Positions 19,323 to 28,607 of a DNA stretch of 64,000 nt are shown piece after piece (within the stretch, counting starts at the first letter, position 1; each line of letters starts with the position of its first letter). The notes beneath the pieces are model-generated. The model did not search any database. It had not been told where the DNA came from and worked only from the letters and a program-made list of their open reading frames with translations. Origin of the DNA: an uncultured Flavobacterium sp. Lineage in GTDB: Bacteria; Bacteroidota; Bacteroidia; Flavobacteriales; Flavobacteriaceae. Location: contig CAUPRL010000014.1 of assembly GCA_963513695.1 (NCBI GenBank), forward strand, positions 14,050-78,049. The letters are read 5' to 3'. The translations under genes and the position numbers were made by a program.

Positions 19323-22139
19323 TTAATTTAGTCTCCTTAATTTTACTCTTGTACTAAACCATAGGACGATTCCAAGTAATGAAATAAGAATCAAAAGGTT
19401 TGGTTCACTCATTCGTTGCACTTCTTCTCCAAGGTCTAATGCTTTGTTGTTCGCTAAAACTTGTTCTTGTTTCTTTTTTAAAATTGCTTTTTGAGCTTCG
19501 TTTTCGACCACTAAATAAGAAGTAACAGGCGTCATTACTTTTGAAATAAAACTATACTTTACCATATTTAGCCATTCGTTATCTGAAATTTCAGGATGTA
19601 AGGATTGAGAATACCATTTTCCTTGCATTATCAATGCCGATTGCCAATTTTTATGTTTGATTTCATTGGCGTCCAGTTTAAAAATATCCTTTTTTAAAAC
19701 AATACTTGCTTGATTATTATTATGTAAATAAAAAGTCTGGTTAGCAGTTTTATATTCCAAAACACTTTGGTTAAAAGTAAAATTAGTACTATCCTTTATT
19801 TGCTCAACTGGATTTGACACCAAAGAATGTGGTTGAAGTTCTCCACTTTGGGTAAGATCAAAAAAGAAATCACTCTCTGGAAATGCACATTTCAAGTCTG
19901 AAAAATCTTTGTCTAAAACAGCTTTTTGTATGCTATCTGTAACCACAATCAAAACAGGATATGTCGCTTTTTGTGCTTTATAGGTTTTGAATAATGCCGT
20001 TCTTACTGCTCTGTCTAAGTAGAAGCCTCCTTCAAAAATTTGCTTTTTATAGGCTTGCTTCCAATCCTCATTTAATGAAATCGTTTTTATATAACTGTTT
20101 ACAAAAGATATTTTTGCATTTTGAGCTAAATTCGGATTGCTTATTAAGGCTTTTTCAATCCTATTAATAAATTGGGGCGAATATTTTCTTTTATCTTTAG
20201 AAACATCAAGCAAAAAATGAAAATATGGCTTACGTTGAACCTTTTTTAATGACTGTTTTTGTTTGGATGACAAATAAATTACTGCATCACTTGTATTGTC
20301 ATCTTGAATAAAAGTTTCTTTATTGTTGCCGAGTTTTACTGTGTTATTATCAATTGTAAAAGTTATCGGTTCTTTATGTAAAATTTCGATTCCAGTTCTT
20401 CTAACTTCATTCTTTGCAAACGGAAAAACTCTAAAGGCGACTTTATTAGCCGTTTGGTAATATAAAATACCTGGATCTTTGTTTTCGTTTCTGATATTTG
20501 AGAAAACCCACATTGCAGTTTTTTTCTCTGCCAAAATTCCCATTTCTTTTCTCTTTCCTACAAACAAATAGTAATCGCTTATCCAAGCGCCCTCAGGCAA
20601 ATCAATGGTTGTTGCATATTCTGAAAACCAATTGTTTTCGCTAGTATTTGTGATTTCTAAATCAATCCAACTTTTCCAAGCATTCAGTTTTTTGTCAAAA
20701 GTACTCTTCGTTGCAATATTTGTAATCTTTACGTTCTCATTTTGAATCCTATCCTGATTTACTTGCAAGGAAGTTGTTCCAAAAAACACATTTTCAATAG
20801 TGTTAATTTTTGCATCCGAAACCGTTAGATTATTTAAAACTAACCAATTGAAATAGGTCGACAAATATGGAGTTTGAGTACCAAAAATAAAATCTCCGTT
20901 TCGTTCTTTTTGTTTCTTGATAGCATTGAGTGTTATTTGCAAAGAACCTTTATCAATAGCATAAGATTTTGAAAAGTTGGGGCTATACAAATAATTAAGT
21001 GTTTCGTCTAAAACAATTTTATCCTTGAGATAGGAGATGCTTATCAAAAGTGGAAGTACTAAAAACCCAAGAAAAAATGTTGCCCAAATGGCTCTTTTAG
21101 AAGAACAACTTTTTAGAAAACGAAAATCTTTAGAAAGTTCACTAATATGTAGCACAAAAAGTAGCAGTGGCGTTAACATTAAAAAACCTGTACCAATAGC
21201 AATTATTGCAACAACAGAAATAGGCAAAAAAGGAAGAAAAACAAGAAAAAAATAGAAGGTATAGGCAAATGTTATACTTCTTCCAAGGAAAAGAAATACT
21301 CTATACATTTTATTTTCAAGGTTTGGTAAACAAATAAAAACACCATTGAAAAACGCTAAGATATAAAACCAATAATTAGTAAAGTTTCCAAAAATTCCCG
21401 AGTCAATTGTTTCAAACTTATTGAATAGCAATCCGTTATTTACAGCTAAACCTATTAATGGAAGTACAATTGTAATTGGTATTTTCCACGCCAATTGGTA
21501 TTGCTGCCAAACGGCGGCCTTTTTGGTTGCAAGTACATAAACAGCTCGAATAATAAAAAACAAAAAAACCAAAGTACCAACAATAATAAAAATTAGTAAG
21601 CTGTGAATTCCAAAAATACCGCCATTGGGTTTCCAAAGTGGTAAAACAATTTGAGAAAACAAATAGCCTGATAAAGGAATAATAAATGCTATCAAAAAAT
21701 TCTTCCACGCTTGATGCTTTTTAGCGTCAGATGTAAAATGAAAAACCAATACAAATAATGAATACGCTAGCGTGGGCATCAAAAATGTGCCAACATACAC
21801 TATTATATTTCCAGACATCATCCATTGTGGAATACTACTTGGAAATATTTCATCAATGTGATAACCATATAAATAAAGGAATGGTATATAAAGCAACAAA
21901 GCTGCTACCCCATACCAAACAGATACACTTTGTTTTTTAATGGTTAGATACAAAGCGTATCCAAAATTTAGGAGTCCTAAAATACCTAAAGTCAAGCCAA
22001 AGGTTTTCCATAAATATAAATTTTCTTCATTTAATAAACTCTTTATAATATTGAATTCTCCAACAAAAAGTAAAAATAACACAACAATTGGAAGTGTGTT
22101 AATGATAAAAATCCATTTGGGATTAAGTAAGTTTTTCAT
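19323..22139 (-). CDS. MSEP-CTERM sorting-domain protein (polytopic N-terminus, VIT-like and vWA-like ectodomain); the XrtN-system substrate type
   Basis: The C-terminus RMSEPNLLILISLLGIVLWFSTRVKLRRLN is the motif, one TM helix and a basic cluster. About 10 TM segments occupy the first ~370 aa. VIT-like DLPEGAWISDYYLFVGKRKEMGILAEKKTAMWVF and vWA-like YFHFLLDVSKD are present. Confidence 0.8.
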   Translation of the reverse strand: MKNLLNPKWIFIINTLPIVVLFLLFVGEFNIIKSLLNEENLYLWKTFGLTLGILGLLNFGYALYLTIKKQSVSVWYGVAALLLYIPFLYLYGYHIDEIFPSSIPQWMMSGNIIVYVGTFLMPTLAYSLFVLVFHFTSDAKKHQAWKNFLIAFIIPLSGYLFSQIVLPLWKPNGGIFGIHSLLIFIIVGTLVFLFFIIRAVYVLATKKAAVWQQYQLAWKIPITIVLPLIGLAVNNGLLFNKFETIDSGIFGNFTNYWFYILAFFNGVFICLPNLENKMYRVFLFLGRSITFAYTFYFFLVFLPFLPISVVAIIAIGTGFLMLTPLLLFVLHISELSKDFRFLKSCSSKRAIWATFFLGFLVLPLLISISYLKDKIVLDETLNYLYSPNFSKSYAIDKGSLQITLNAIKKQKERNGDFIFGTQTPYLSTYFNWLVLNNLTVSDAKINTIENVFFGTTSLQVNQDRIQNENVKITNIATKSTFDKKLNAWKSWIDLEITNTSENNWFSEYATTIDLPEGAWISDYYLFVGKRKEMGILAEKKTAMWVFSNIRNENKDPGILYYQTANKVAFRVFPFAKNEVRRTGIEILHKEPITFTIDNNTVKLGNNKETFIQDDNTSDAVIYLSSKQKQSLKKVQRKPYFHFLLDVSKDKRKYSPQFINRIEKALISNPNLAQNAKISFVNSYIKTISLNEDWKQAYKKQIFEGGFYLDRAVRTALFKTYKAQKATYPVLIVVTDSIQKAVLDKDFSDLKCAFPESDFFFDLTQSGELQPHSLVSNPVEQIKDSTNFTFNQSVLEYKTANQTFYLHNNNQASIVLKKDIFKLDANEIKHKNWQSALIMQGKWYSQSLHPEISDNEWLNMVKYSFISKVMTPVTSYLVVENEAQKAILKKKQEQVLANNKALDLGEEVQRMSEPNLLILISLLGIVLWFSTRVKLRRLN

Positions 22140-22659
22140 ATTTAGTCTTGTTTTTTAAAAATCTTTCTAATAGGTAATACCCTAAAACCAAAAAAAATAA
22201 ATTGGTTATAATTCCAATTGCTTCGTGAATAACTAATTGGGAATTTTTAGACAAAAAAGGGGTTGCGTGATTTTGCAAAACAATGGAAGCAAATATTCTG
22301 AACGCATTCACAAAAATTGTCATAAGGTAAGCTGACACCAATGCTACAGGAATTATTAAGGCTTTACATAAAGAATTCAAAATATACTTTAAAGCCAAAA
22401 TACAAATCATAGTGAAGCATAAAAGCAAAAAATTGAAACCTGAACACGATTTTTCGATAATAACATTAAAGTTTTCGTAATAGAACCCTCTATCAGCAAA
22501 ATAAATCGATTTATAACTTGTCAATAATCCAACCAATTTGTCGGTTGGATTAAGTAAAAAAAATAAATCATTAGTATTGGCAATTGTATAACCAAATTTC
22601 AATAAGATAAAAATCACTATTGTGACCAGATAATAAAATATGTTTTTAATTGCTATCAT
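22123..22659 (-). CDS. xrtN: Minimal exosortase-family protein (XrtN-type), 178 aa
   Basis: About 5 TM helices. The ordered exosortase signature is present: Cys72 (EKSCSGFNF), Arg121 (NAFRIF) and His145 (VIHEAIG). It overlaps the substrate gene start by 17 nt. Confidence 0.7.
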   Translation of the reverse strand: MIAIKNIFYYLVTIVIFILLKFGYTIANTNDLFFLLNPTDKLVGLLTSYKSIYFADRGFYYENFNVIIEKSCSGFNFLLLCFTMICILALKYILNSLCKALIIPVALVSAYLMTIFVNAFRIFASIVLQNHATPFLSKNSQLVIHEAIGIITNLFFLVLGYYLLERFLKNKTKYEKLT

Positions 22660-22705
22660 ATGTTTTTTTTAGATACTGTATTACGTAATTTCGAAAAACT
22701 AAATA

Positions 22706-24094
22706 TTACTTTTTTTTGCTTAGCAATTCATAATACAAGGCCTTTGACAAAAAAGAGTTATTTTGATAGCGACTAATTTCTTCTTCCTTCGAAACTTCTG
22801 GATATTGTCCATCTAAATTCTTTAATTTAAAAAAGTCTCTTCTAGCTTCATCATTAAAATCCAATCTACTCAAAAACATAGGTTCCACACCTTTGTTGAC
22901 CGAAATATTGTAATTCGTAATCAAATTTCCCCAATTGACATAGCTGCATAAAAGAATCGTTCCATAAAAATACCAAACCATTTGGTTAAAAAGATAGGCA
23001 TTTGTTTTTTGCTTTGTGATTTTCGAAAAGGTGAAAAACAAACCAATAATCGCTAAAATAAGAAACGCATAAACACCTAAACGTTTGTAAGTTAATCCGA
23101 AGAAAGAAACGTACTCTGAGTTTTTAATAATGGTGCTAAGAATTAGGATTCCATTTAATAAAATCCAAATTTTAGACAACTGTTTCAAGTTTTTGGCTTT
23201 TGCATCGAAATTGAAACCTCCTTTAAAATAAAATAGTATCACACCAACGGCCATAATGATAGAAAAAATCACCGCATTGACTCTTTCGTGCGTAGCGGCA
23301 CTCAATTTTGATTTTTCGACAACTTCAAAAAATTGCTCATAATTATACGTGACAATAAAAACCAAGATTAAAACATTCAGAAGAACTAAAGTAATTTCGC
23401 CACTTCGTCTTTCAAAATCAATATCTAGAAACGAAAAAGTTCTTTGATTTCTATTGGTTGTTTTATCATTGAATTCATTATCTAAAAGCGAATTTTTCTC
23501 ATAACAAACGTCTGGAATCCAATAATTCCAAAACGTAAAGGAAAGATAAAAACCCAATAAAGAGATTAGAACGAGTTGAAAAAAATTAACATCCAAATAA
23601 TAATCCGTAAATAAAGCCGAAAAATGGTCGCTACCAAAAGCATATACGATAAAAAACAAACCGACAAATACAGTTGGAATAATGAAATAAGCAATAAACT
23701 TTTTAGCAAAATCATTCTTAATTTCTCGTTTGGGAAGCCATTGAGTAAACATCAGCATTCGACCTAAAGATGTGATTCCGTTTAGGAATGCTAACGGAAA
23801 AACCTGTACTATTTTCAGATTTGTTTCCTGAGTTTTGAATTGCAAAAAACAAACGGACATCGCCAAAGCCAAAAAAGAAACAAAATCACCATACCATGCA
23901 AATGCCAAACAAGACAAAATGGATGTGACCACTAGAACCAAATGGGACCGACTCGTAAATCGATCCTGAAAGAAGTAACAAATGATTCCCGTAAGAACTA
24001 ATCCGAAAATTGCTAGGTTAACTCCTACTGACTCATTGTAAAAAAGCAGTGTAAAAATCAAACTGCAAACAAAAATTAAATGATGTTTTTTCAT
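22706..24094 (-). CDS. Polytopic inner-membrane protein of unknown function (DUF4153/DUF4173-like by recollection)
   Basis: More than 10 hydrophobic segments. I prefer ATG at 24094 (MKKHHLIF...) over the track's TTG at 24127. Confidence 0.6.
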   Translation of the reverse strand: MKKHHLIFVCSLIFTLLFYNESVGVNLAIFGLVLTGIICYFFQDRFTSRSHLVLVVTSILSCLAFAWYGDFVSFLALAMSVCFLQFKTQETNLKIVQVFPLAFLNGITSLGRMLMFTQWLPKREIKNDFAKKFIAYFIIPTVFVGLFFIVYAFGSDHFSALFTDYYLDVNFFQLVLISLLGFYLSFTFWNYWIPDVCYEKNSLLDNEFNDKTTNRNQRTFSFLDIDFERRSGEITLVLLNVLILVFIVTYNYEQFFEVVEKSKLSAATHERVNAVIFSIIMAVGVILFYFKGGFNFDAKAKNLKQLSKIWILLNGILILSTIIKNSEYVSFFGLTYKRLGVYAFLILAIIGLFFTFSKITKQKTNAYLFNQMVWYFYGTILLCSYVNWGNLITNYNISVNKGVEPMFLSRLDFNDEARRDFFKLKNLDGQYPEVSKEEEISRYQNNSFLSKALYYELLSKKK

Positions 24095-24148
24095 AATTAA
24101 AAAATTTAAAAGTACTTTGCGCTTCAAAGTACAAGGTTAAAAAAAAGG

Positions 24149-24442
24149 TTATTTAGATTTGAATAATTTTTCCAGACTATTAAGATGCGAAACAAATGAT
24201 GCTCTACCCAAATTGGTAACTCGATACGATGTTTTTGGTTTTTTGCCAACAAATTCTTTTTTGATTTCGATATATGCGCCTTTCTCTAAGGCTGAGGAAT
24301 GACTTGCTAAATTGCCATCTGTTATATTTAATAGGGTTTTCATTTCGGTGAAATCTACCCAATCATTGACCATCAGAATAGACATAATGCCTAGTCGGAC
24401 ACGACTTTCGAAATCTTTATTTAGTTTATCAATGATTCCCAT
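24149..24442 (-). CDS. Small winged-helix transcriptional regulator (HTH_34-like)
   Basis: 97 aa. The pattern RLGIMSILMVNDWVDFTEMKTLLNITDGNLASHSSALEKGAYIEIKKEF.GKKPKTSYRVT.LG is typical of this wHTH family. Confidence 0.7.
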   Translation of the reverse strand: MGIIDKLNKDFESRVRLGIMSILMVNDWVDFTEMKTLLNITDGNLASHSSALEKGAYIEIKKEFVGKKPKTSYRVTNLGRASFVSHLNSLEKLFKSK

Positions 24443-24451
24443 TCGGAGGAT

Positions 24452-25066
24452 TTATTTATATTTTCTAAAGACTATTAAACCATACAATATATGCAATATA
24501 CCAAATCCTATAATCCAAAAAACCAAACCATAACCTAAAAAGAACAAGGAAACACAACCTAAAGCCAGTTCACAAAATCCTAAATATTTAATATCCGAAA
24601 AAGTATATTTCTCAGCATTAATCAATGCTAAGCCATAAAACAGCAAAGTGGCTGGAGCAATTAAAACATAGATTTGATGGTACAAAAGCGCCAAACAAAA
24701 TACACCGCCAACTAGTAATGGAATAGCTAAATTGAAAAGCATTTTTTTGGTAGCCGAGGTCCAAATCGGTAAATTATACTTTTTACTTTTTCGAATGGTA
24801 AAGAAGATTCCGAATGTTAGTGCGAAAAACAAAATTATCAAAGCTATTATTACCAACTCAGAAACTAAATCTACCGAATACAATTTATGCTCCCCATCGA
24901 AATAATCGAGTCCATTGATTTTAAACAATTGATACACATACAATCCGCCAATCAAAGCAGATAGACCTGCAAATACTCCTGAGAGTCCGCTTAATGAAAT
25001 AAATCGTGAAGAACGTTCCATCATAGAACGAATGTGTGATAAATCTTCTTGGTGTTTTCGATTCAT
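24452..25066 (-). CDS. Four-to-five TM membrane protein of unknown function, first gene of the cluster
   Basis: 204 aa and hydrophobic. It lies 9 nt upstream of the regulator gene. Confidence 0.6.
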   Translation of the reverse strand: MNRKHQEDLSHIRSMMERSSRFISLSGLSGVFAGLSALIGGLYVYQLFKINGLDYFDGEHKLYSVDLVSELVIIALIILFFALTFGIFFTIRKSKKYNLPIWTSATKKMLFNLAIPLLVGGVFCLALLYHQIYVLIAPATLLFYGLALINAEKYTFSDIKYLGFCELALGCVSLFFLGYGLVFWIIGFGILHILYGLIVFRKYK

Positions 25067-25086
25067 AATTAAAGTACTTTGTAATG

Positions 25087-25094
25087 CAAAGTTA
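25087..25094 (-). promoter_or_regulatory. Candidate -7 promoter box for the membrane/XrtN cluster
   Basis: The plus strand reads CAAAGTTA, so the minus strand reads TAACTTTG. It lies 20 nt from the ATG at 25066. Confidence 0.45.
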
Positions 25095-25151
25095 AATTAT
25101 ATTTTGAATTGACAAACAAATAATGAAACTATTTTTGAACTATTTTAAAAT

Positions 25152-25183
25152 AACAAAGCCTATCCGAGAGAATAGGCTTTGTT
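25152..25183 (-). terminator. folD terminator hairpin
   Basis: Perfect 12-bp stem AACAAAGCCTAT / ATAGGCTTTGTT with an 8-nt loop. An A/T-rich run follows on the minus strand. Confidence 0.65.
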
Positions 25184-25202
25184 AATAGTTATGAATGTAA
25201 AA

Positions 25203-26084
25203 TTATTTTCTGCTTCTAATTTTTCGTGCTAAAAGGGTGTTTTTTAACAACATTGCAATCGTCATCGGTCCAACTCCACCCGGAACTGGAGTGATAAAAG
25301 AAGACTTCTTACTTACCTCTGCAAAATCTACATCTCCTTTTATAACATAGCCTTTTGGGTGCGATGCGTCTTCTACTCTAGTAATTCCCACGTCGATTAC
25401 CACTACTCCATCTTTAACCATATCAGCCTTTAAAAACTCAGGAACTCCTAAAGCTGTAATAATAATATCTGCAGTTTTAGTGTATTCTTCCAAATTTTTA
25501 GTTCTACTGTGGGTCAAGGTTACTGTAGAGTCTCCAGGATATCCTTTGCGACTCATCAAGATACTCATAGGTCGACCAACAATATGACTACGGCCAATAA
25601 CTACAGTGTGCTTCCCAGATGTTTCTACTTTATATCGCTCTAACAACTCCATTATTCCAAACGGAGTTGCTGGTAAAAATGTTTCCATTTCCAAAGCCAT
25701 TTTTCCAAAATTGGCAGGGTGAAAACCATCAACATCTTTGTCGGGATCAATCGCCATTAGGATTTTTTGCTCGTCGATATGTTTGGGCAAAGGCAATTGA
25801 ACGATGTAACCATCTAAATCATCATCTTCGTTCAGTTCCTTGATTTTATCTAATAATTCTTCTTCGGAAATGTTTTCAGGTAAAGCAACCAAAGTAGATT
25901 CGAAACCAATTTGTTGACAAGAACGAACTTTGCTTCCTACATAAGTCAAACTAGCTCCGTTTGTACCAACGATTACTGCTGCTAAATGAGGCACTTTCTG
26001 CCCATCAGCTTTCATTCTTTGTACTTCGGCAGCGATTTCTATTTTAATATCCTCTGAGGTTTTTTTTCCGTCAAGTAGTTGCAT
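25203..26084 (-). CDS. folD: Bifunctional methylenetetrahydrofolate dehydrogenase / methenyl-THF cyclohydrolase
   Basis: 293 aa. Contains [28 protein letters not shown] and [10 protein letters not shown]. Confidence 0.95.
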   Translation of the reverse strand: MQLLDGKKTSEDIKIEIAAEVQRMKADGQKVPHLAAVIVGTNGASLTYVGSKVRSCQQIGFESTLVALPENISEEELLDKIKELNEDDDLDGYIVQLPLPKHIDEQKILMAIDPDKDVDGFHPANFGKMALEMETFLPATPFGIMELLERYKVETSGKHTVVIGRSHIVGRPMSILMSRKGYPGDSTVTLTHSRTKNLEEYTKTADIIITALGVPEFLKADMVKDGVVVIDVGITRVEDASHPKGYVIKGDVDFAEVSKKSSFITPVPGGVGPMTIAMLLKNTLLARKIRSRK

Positions 26085-26135
26085 TTTTTCTTTGTTTAAG
26101 AAGTTTAAGATTTAAAAGTGATTAACCTTTTAAAA

Positions 26136-27494
26136 TTATCTCATTCCTGGCATTCCACCCGGCATTCCTTTCATATTTCCCATCATCTTCATCATATTCT
26201 TTCCGCCTGGTCCTTGCATCATCTTCATCATTTTGCTCATTTGCTCAAACTGTTTCATCAACTGATTCACTTGTTCGACTTTCGTACCTGAACCTTTAGC
26301 AATTCTAGCTTTACGTTTCACATCGATTATGGCTGGTTTTGACCTTTCTTTGGGTGTCATCGAATGAATAATGGCTTCAATATGTTTGAAAGCATCGTCT
26401 TCGATTTCCACATCCTTCATCGCTTTTGAAGCTCCTGGAATCATTCCGACCAAGTCTTTCATATTACCCATTTTCTTCACTTGCTGAATTTGGGAAAGGA
26501 AATCATCAAAACCAAATTCGTTTTTGGCGATTTTCTTTTGAATTTTTCTAGCTTCTTCCTCATCATAATGTTCTTGTGCTTTTTCTACCAAAGACACAAC
26601 ATCACCCATTCCGAGGATTCTCTCCGCCATACGTTCTGGATAGAACACATCGATGGCATCCATTTTTTCTCCTGTTCCAACAAATTTGATAGGTTTATTA
26701 ACAACAGTTTTAATAGAAATGGCAGCTCCACCACGAGTATCACCGTCTAATTTTGTTAAAACTACACCATCAAAATTTAATATATCATTAAAAGCTTTGG
26801 CAGTATTTACAGCATCTTGCCCCGTCATCGAATCGACAACAAACAAGGTTTCTTGAGGATTAATCGCTTTGTGAACATTAGAAATTTCGGTCATCATCGC
26901 TTCGTCAACGGCCAAACGACCTGCGGTATCAATGATTACCACATTCAGACCTTGATGTTTTGCAAAACTAATCGCATTTTGAGCAATAATTACAGGATTA
27001 GTGTTGTCAGGTTCAGAATAAACATCCACTCCTATTGACTCTCCAACTACGTGCAATTGTTTTATAGCCGCTGGGCGATAAATATCACAAGCTACCAAAA
27101 GTGGCTTTTTGTTTTTCTTAGTTTTGAGATAATTGGCCAATTTTCCTGAAAAAGTAGTTTTACCAGAACCTTGCAATCCCGACATCAAAATAACGGTTGG
27201 GTTTCCAGAAAGATTGATTCCAGCCACATCTCCACCCATCAACTCGGTAAGTTCATCTTTGACTAATTTTACCAATAACTGTCCTGGTTGAAGCGTAGTT
27301 AATACGTTTTGACCAATGGCTTTTTCTTTTACTTTGGTGGTAAAATCTTTGGCAATTTTAAAGTTGACATCGGCATCTAATAAGGCACGACGCACTTCTT
27401 TAAGGGTTTCGGCTACGTTAACTTCGGTTATTTTTCCGTGACCTTTAAGGATGTGAAAGGCTTTGTCTAATTTATCGCTTAAATTATCGAACAT
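26136..27494 (-). CDS. ffh: Signal recognition particle protein
   Basis: Contains GLQGSGKTT, DTAGR and TKLDGD, plus the Met-rich M-domain tail. Confidence 0.95.
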   Translation of the reverse strand: MFDNLSDKLDKAFHILKGHGKITEVNVAETLKEVRRALLDADVNFKIAKDFTTKVKEKAIGQNVLTTLQPGQLLVKLVKDELTELMGGDVAGINLSGNPTVILMSGLQGSGKTTFSGKLANYLKTKKNKKPLLVACDIYRPAAIKQLHVVGESIGVDVYSEPDNTNPVIIAQNAISFAKHQGLNVVIIDTAGRLAVDEAMMTEISNVHKAINPQETLFVVDSMTGQDAVNTAKAFNDILNFDGVVLTKLDGDTRGGAAISIKTVVNKPIKFVGTGEKMDAIDVFYPERMAERILGMGDVVSLVEKAQEHYDEEEARKIQKKIAKNEFGFDDFLSQIQQVKKMGNMKDLVGMIPGASKAMKDVEIEDDAFKHIEAIIHSMTPKERSKPAIIDVKRKARIAKGSGTKVEQVNQLMKQFEQMSKMMKMMQGPGGKNMMKMMGNMKGMPGGMPGMR

Positions 27495-27517
27495 AAATTT
27501 TTAATTTTTAAGTGCCG

Positions 27518-27525
27518 CAAAATTA
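27518..27525 (-). promoter_or_regulatory. Candidate -7 promoter box for ffh
   Basis: The plus strand reads CAAAATTA, so the minus strand reads TAATTTTG. It lies 23 nt from the ATG. Confidence 0.45.
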
Positions 27526-27560
27526 AGAATTTGAACTTGAATTTGTGCTGTTTATTTTCA

Positions 27561-27594
27561 AAAAAAAGCAGCCTAATTAAAGACTGCTTTTTTA
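27561..27594 (-). terminator. Hairpin terminator flanked by A-run and T-run
   Basis: AAAAGCAG ... CTGCTTTT with flanking A7 and T6, downstream of the 153-aa lipoprotein gene. Confidence 0.6.
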
Positions 27595-27630
27595 ACTATA
27601 TAGTGAGTGTATTTTGAGAAGAAAAACTAT

Positions 27631-28092
27631 CTAATTTTTCTCAAAAGTAATATAATCTGTACCGCCACTTCCGCCACTTATGTGAACCAACTTAATTTTT
27701 GAATCCGTTTTTTCAAGAATATTCCAGTCTTCTGTAAGCTCTTCAAAATTAGGAGGTGAGGCAAATGCAATATTGAAATCTAAATCATCGCTTGGACTAT
27801 CGTCTCCACTATCATCACTTGTTACCGACCAAGTTCCTAAATAAGTATTTACCCCATTCGTCGCTGTTAAAACATTACTAGAACCAAATGTAAAATTATA
27901 CCCCGTAAAATTTGAAGTTTCAATTACACCTGAATCTTCATAAAAAGTAATCCTCCAAGTTCCTTTCTTTACAATATTTATCACTGGAGTTGGATCGACA
28001 GAATTGCTTGAGGAATTATCATTGCTACAAGAAAAAAATAAATTTAGCATAATAGCAATTACCACAACCCGTAAAACATTAAAATTTCTCAT
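27631..28092 (-). CDS. Small lipoprotein of unknown function
   Basis: Lipobox LFFSC-SND. 153 aa, Ser/Asp-rich linker, beta-rich. Confidence 0.55.
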   Translation of the reverse strand: MRNFNVLRVVVIAIMLNLFFSCSNDNSSSNSVDPTPVINIVKKGTWRITFYEDSGVIETSNFTGYNFTFGSSNVLTATNGVNTYLGTWSVTSDDSGDDSPSDDLDFNIAFASPPNFEELTEDWNILEKTDSKIKLVHISGGSGGTDYITFEKN

Positions 28093-28143
28093 TTTTATAA
28101 TTTTTAAATTTTCAATAATAACGCAATCTATAAGAATTTAGTA

Positions 28144-28151
28144 CAAAACTA
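28144..28151 (-). promoter_or_regulatory. Candidate -7 promoter box
   Basis: The plus strand reads CAAAACTA, so the minus strand reads TAGTTTTG. It lies 51 nt from the ATG at 28092. Confidence 0.35.
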
Positions 28152-28513
28152 TTTCTTTTTTGGACACGAATTAAAAACAAAATAATACATAAATCGGACA
28201 GAACATTTAAAACTAGTACGCAAAAACACGCTTGAAAAATTTGAAAGGTAGTGGACCTAAAGTTCCTCTAATAGTTTGATTGTAGTCAAGAAAAGCAATC
28301 ACAGCAACAATAAAAAATCGAATAAACTATCCAACACAATTGCAATTCTATTTCATTGAAGTTCTATATAAACTAATGTTGTAAAATTTAAAGATTAGTA
28401 TAAAAAAAACCAATTGACAAGTGTTTTTTTTAGGGAAATAATTAAAAAATTGTTGATAATAAACTCCATCGATAAAAAACTTGAAGAATTGCAATGCTTA
28501 AGATTTACTTAAC

Positions 28514-28527
28514 ATGACAATTGTCAT
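28514..28527. promoter_or_regulatory. Perfect 14-bp palindrome ATGACAATTGTCAT, candidate operator
   Basis: Read directly from the sequence. It ends 22 nt upstream of the -7 box at 28550, so it lies over the expected -33 region. Confidence 0.4.
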
Positions 28528-28549
28528 ACTTTAACAATCAGACAATCAA

Positions 28550-28557
28550 TATATTTG
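28550..28557 (+). promoter_or_regulatory. Candidate -7 promoter box for the DUF2271-like gene
   Basis: TATATTTG lies 50 nt upstream of the ATG at 28608. Confidence 0.45.
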
Positions 28558-28607
28558 ACTATAATTAATCCCCAAAAAATAATTATAAACTTAAACTAAA
28601 TTAAATC

